Shown piece by piece: positions 62,601 through 64,000 of a DNA stretch of 64,000 bases. The notes below the pieces were generated by a model. The model had not been told where the DNA came from and did no database searches. It saw only the letters and a list, made by a program, of their open reading frames with translations. How positions within the stretch are numbered: the stretch's first letter is position 1; each line of letters opens with the position of its first letter. Source of the DNA: Selaginella moellendorffii (lineage: Eukaryota; Plantae; Lycopodiophyta); NCBI RefSeq assembly GCF_000143415.4, contig NW_003314336.1, positions 113,296 to 177,295 of the forward strand, given 5' to 3'. The position numbers were made by a program, and so were the translations under genes.

Positions 62601-64000
62601 GGTGCCAATTTTGAGCATGAAAAACTGCTAGAAAGCATCTTCAACAGGATAAAGTTGCTGCTGGAAAGCATCTTCAACAGCCAAGATACGGAAATCCTGT
62701 GTGGATAAAGTCTTGAGAGAAAGAGAGCCATCTTTGAGTCATAGCATGGAGAGGCTGCCCATATTGTTGCCTGCCTGCTTTAAGTGTTTTTTGCTCACAC
62801 ATTTGATTGCTATTTTGACAGAATATTAGAAAGGAAGTTGTGTCCATGATTGCTAGATACAAAGCATTCTTTTTTCAACCAAGTCTGCCCCCCAGAAAGA
62901 ATGATTGCGATACACTTTGAAGAGCTCATAAAGTCATAGGTTGAAAAAAAAAAAAAAAAATGAAGTGCAAGATATTATAAGGTTAACTGATATTTTGTTG
63001 ATCCTTGGAGCCCTCCCAAGATAGAACCTTCTTTCTAAGAGTAAAGTAGCCCACAACTATTTAATACTTCTTTCATATTTGTCCAAGTATTTGGAAATTT
63101 ATAGTTTTGGAAACTTTAAGTTTTAAGTCAAGTGGAAGACAAAAGAGATGGAAACGTACACTCTTGGTTTGTACATACTTCTCCAATGCTATAATATGTG
63201 TTTGAAACTTTGAAGGCACCAAGAAAAGCAATCGCAAGAGGCTGAAAGACACATTAACCACAAGTCCTCCAACAAATGATGATGAAGGTATTTTCTTCAT
63301 CTATTTCGCTGAATTTGCAGGGTACTGAAATAAAACAGGCATTAAGAAATGCACATCTGAGATTCATAAGAGAAAACACAAAGCAGCTGTTTGACCATGT
63401 GAGATGGAAATTGAAGACATGACCAGGGACGTTAATATTCCATCGTACTTAGTTGATTATCTCTACGGTTCTAAAAAACCAATACTTACAAGCTGGAAAA
63501 AGGATTCAATACTTGTCAAGACACAAATGATAAAACATCCACCTGTGGGGAGGTTTGTGTTGGATGTTTCTAATGATATCATTCGTTTTGCACCAATATC
63601 CAAAACCGAGGAGCTTACACTGGGTTTAGGGTTTATTGCAATATATTAAATTATATATTTAATTGTAAAATAATATTGCAAGAGCTTCTCAATACTTTTA
63701 TACCACGACCTCTTCTTCTTCACATTCATGCATCCTAAGAATATCGACCTTTTGCTGATACTAGGGAGTTCAATTTATATGTTTCCATTGCACTTACCGA
63801 AATAGCTAGATTCTTGACTGGGTTTTAAACTGGTGCGTAAACCTCCTATACCACCTCAAGAGAAAGAACGTGGATGACTTGATTTCAAACTGATGCAGAA
63901 GCCTCCTGCTCCGTTTCAAGAGAAAAAAAAAATCATGTAATCCAACAAATTTGGACCTAGCATAGAATTCCCAAGCTTTGAAGTCCCATCCCTCTCGACC

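Larger units (their letters stand above)
56830..62613 (+). mobile_element. Truncated copy (RH-INT-PPT-LTR start) of the 233-bp-LTR Gypsy family, split by the nested chromovirus
   Basis: 56830-57635 matches 34955-35783 and 61577-62613 matches 35778-36780. PPT G-run at about 62580; LTR starts at 62596. Confidence 0.9.

Noticed and set aside
62620-64000. Short ORFs including 63404-63649
   Set aside because: No identifiable homology; may be exons of a gene extending beyond the window.

Overview
Repeat-dense eukaryotic nuclear DNA from a land plant. Introns of 44-57 nt, a centriolar PIBF1/CEP90 gene and a non-seed-plant-type 5S sequence point to a Selaginella-like lycophyte (inference). 1-37,000 is a nested transposon stack: an L1-like LINE holds a Trp-primed Ty3/Gypsy, whose integrase holds a >=11-kb Sola-like DNA transposon. 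The Gypsy and the DNA transposon each carry a 5S-bearing Cassandra TRIM. Further Gypsy elements, a solo LTR, a TRIM/Gypsy chimera and a reconstructable 2.9-kb inversion follow. 38,000-56,000 contains host genes (unknown gene, LRR-RLK with a degenerate kinase, MRL1-like PPR pseudogene, lipase-3 fragment, PIBF1) and a 3.6-kb AT-rich island. Best candidates for novelty: (1) the large DNA transposon carries a divergently transcribed 11-exon cargo gene (ParB/Srx-like domain + amino-methyltransferase-like segment + FCP1/NIF phosphatase) and about 18 dispersed copies of a 22-bp palindrome concentrated in its introns, a possible protein/site system; (2) a chromovirus at 57,636-61,576 has two GT-AG intron-like inserts that must be removed to restore integrase; (3) that chromovirus family shares LTR termini, an atypical PPT and a pre-PPT hairpin with the Cassandra TRIMs, making it a candidate autonomous partner. 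All family assignments come from motif recognition by eye; no database searches were run.
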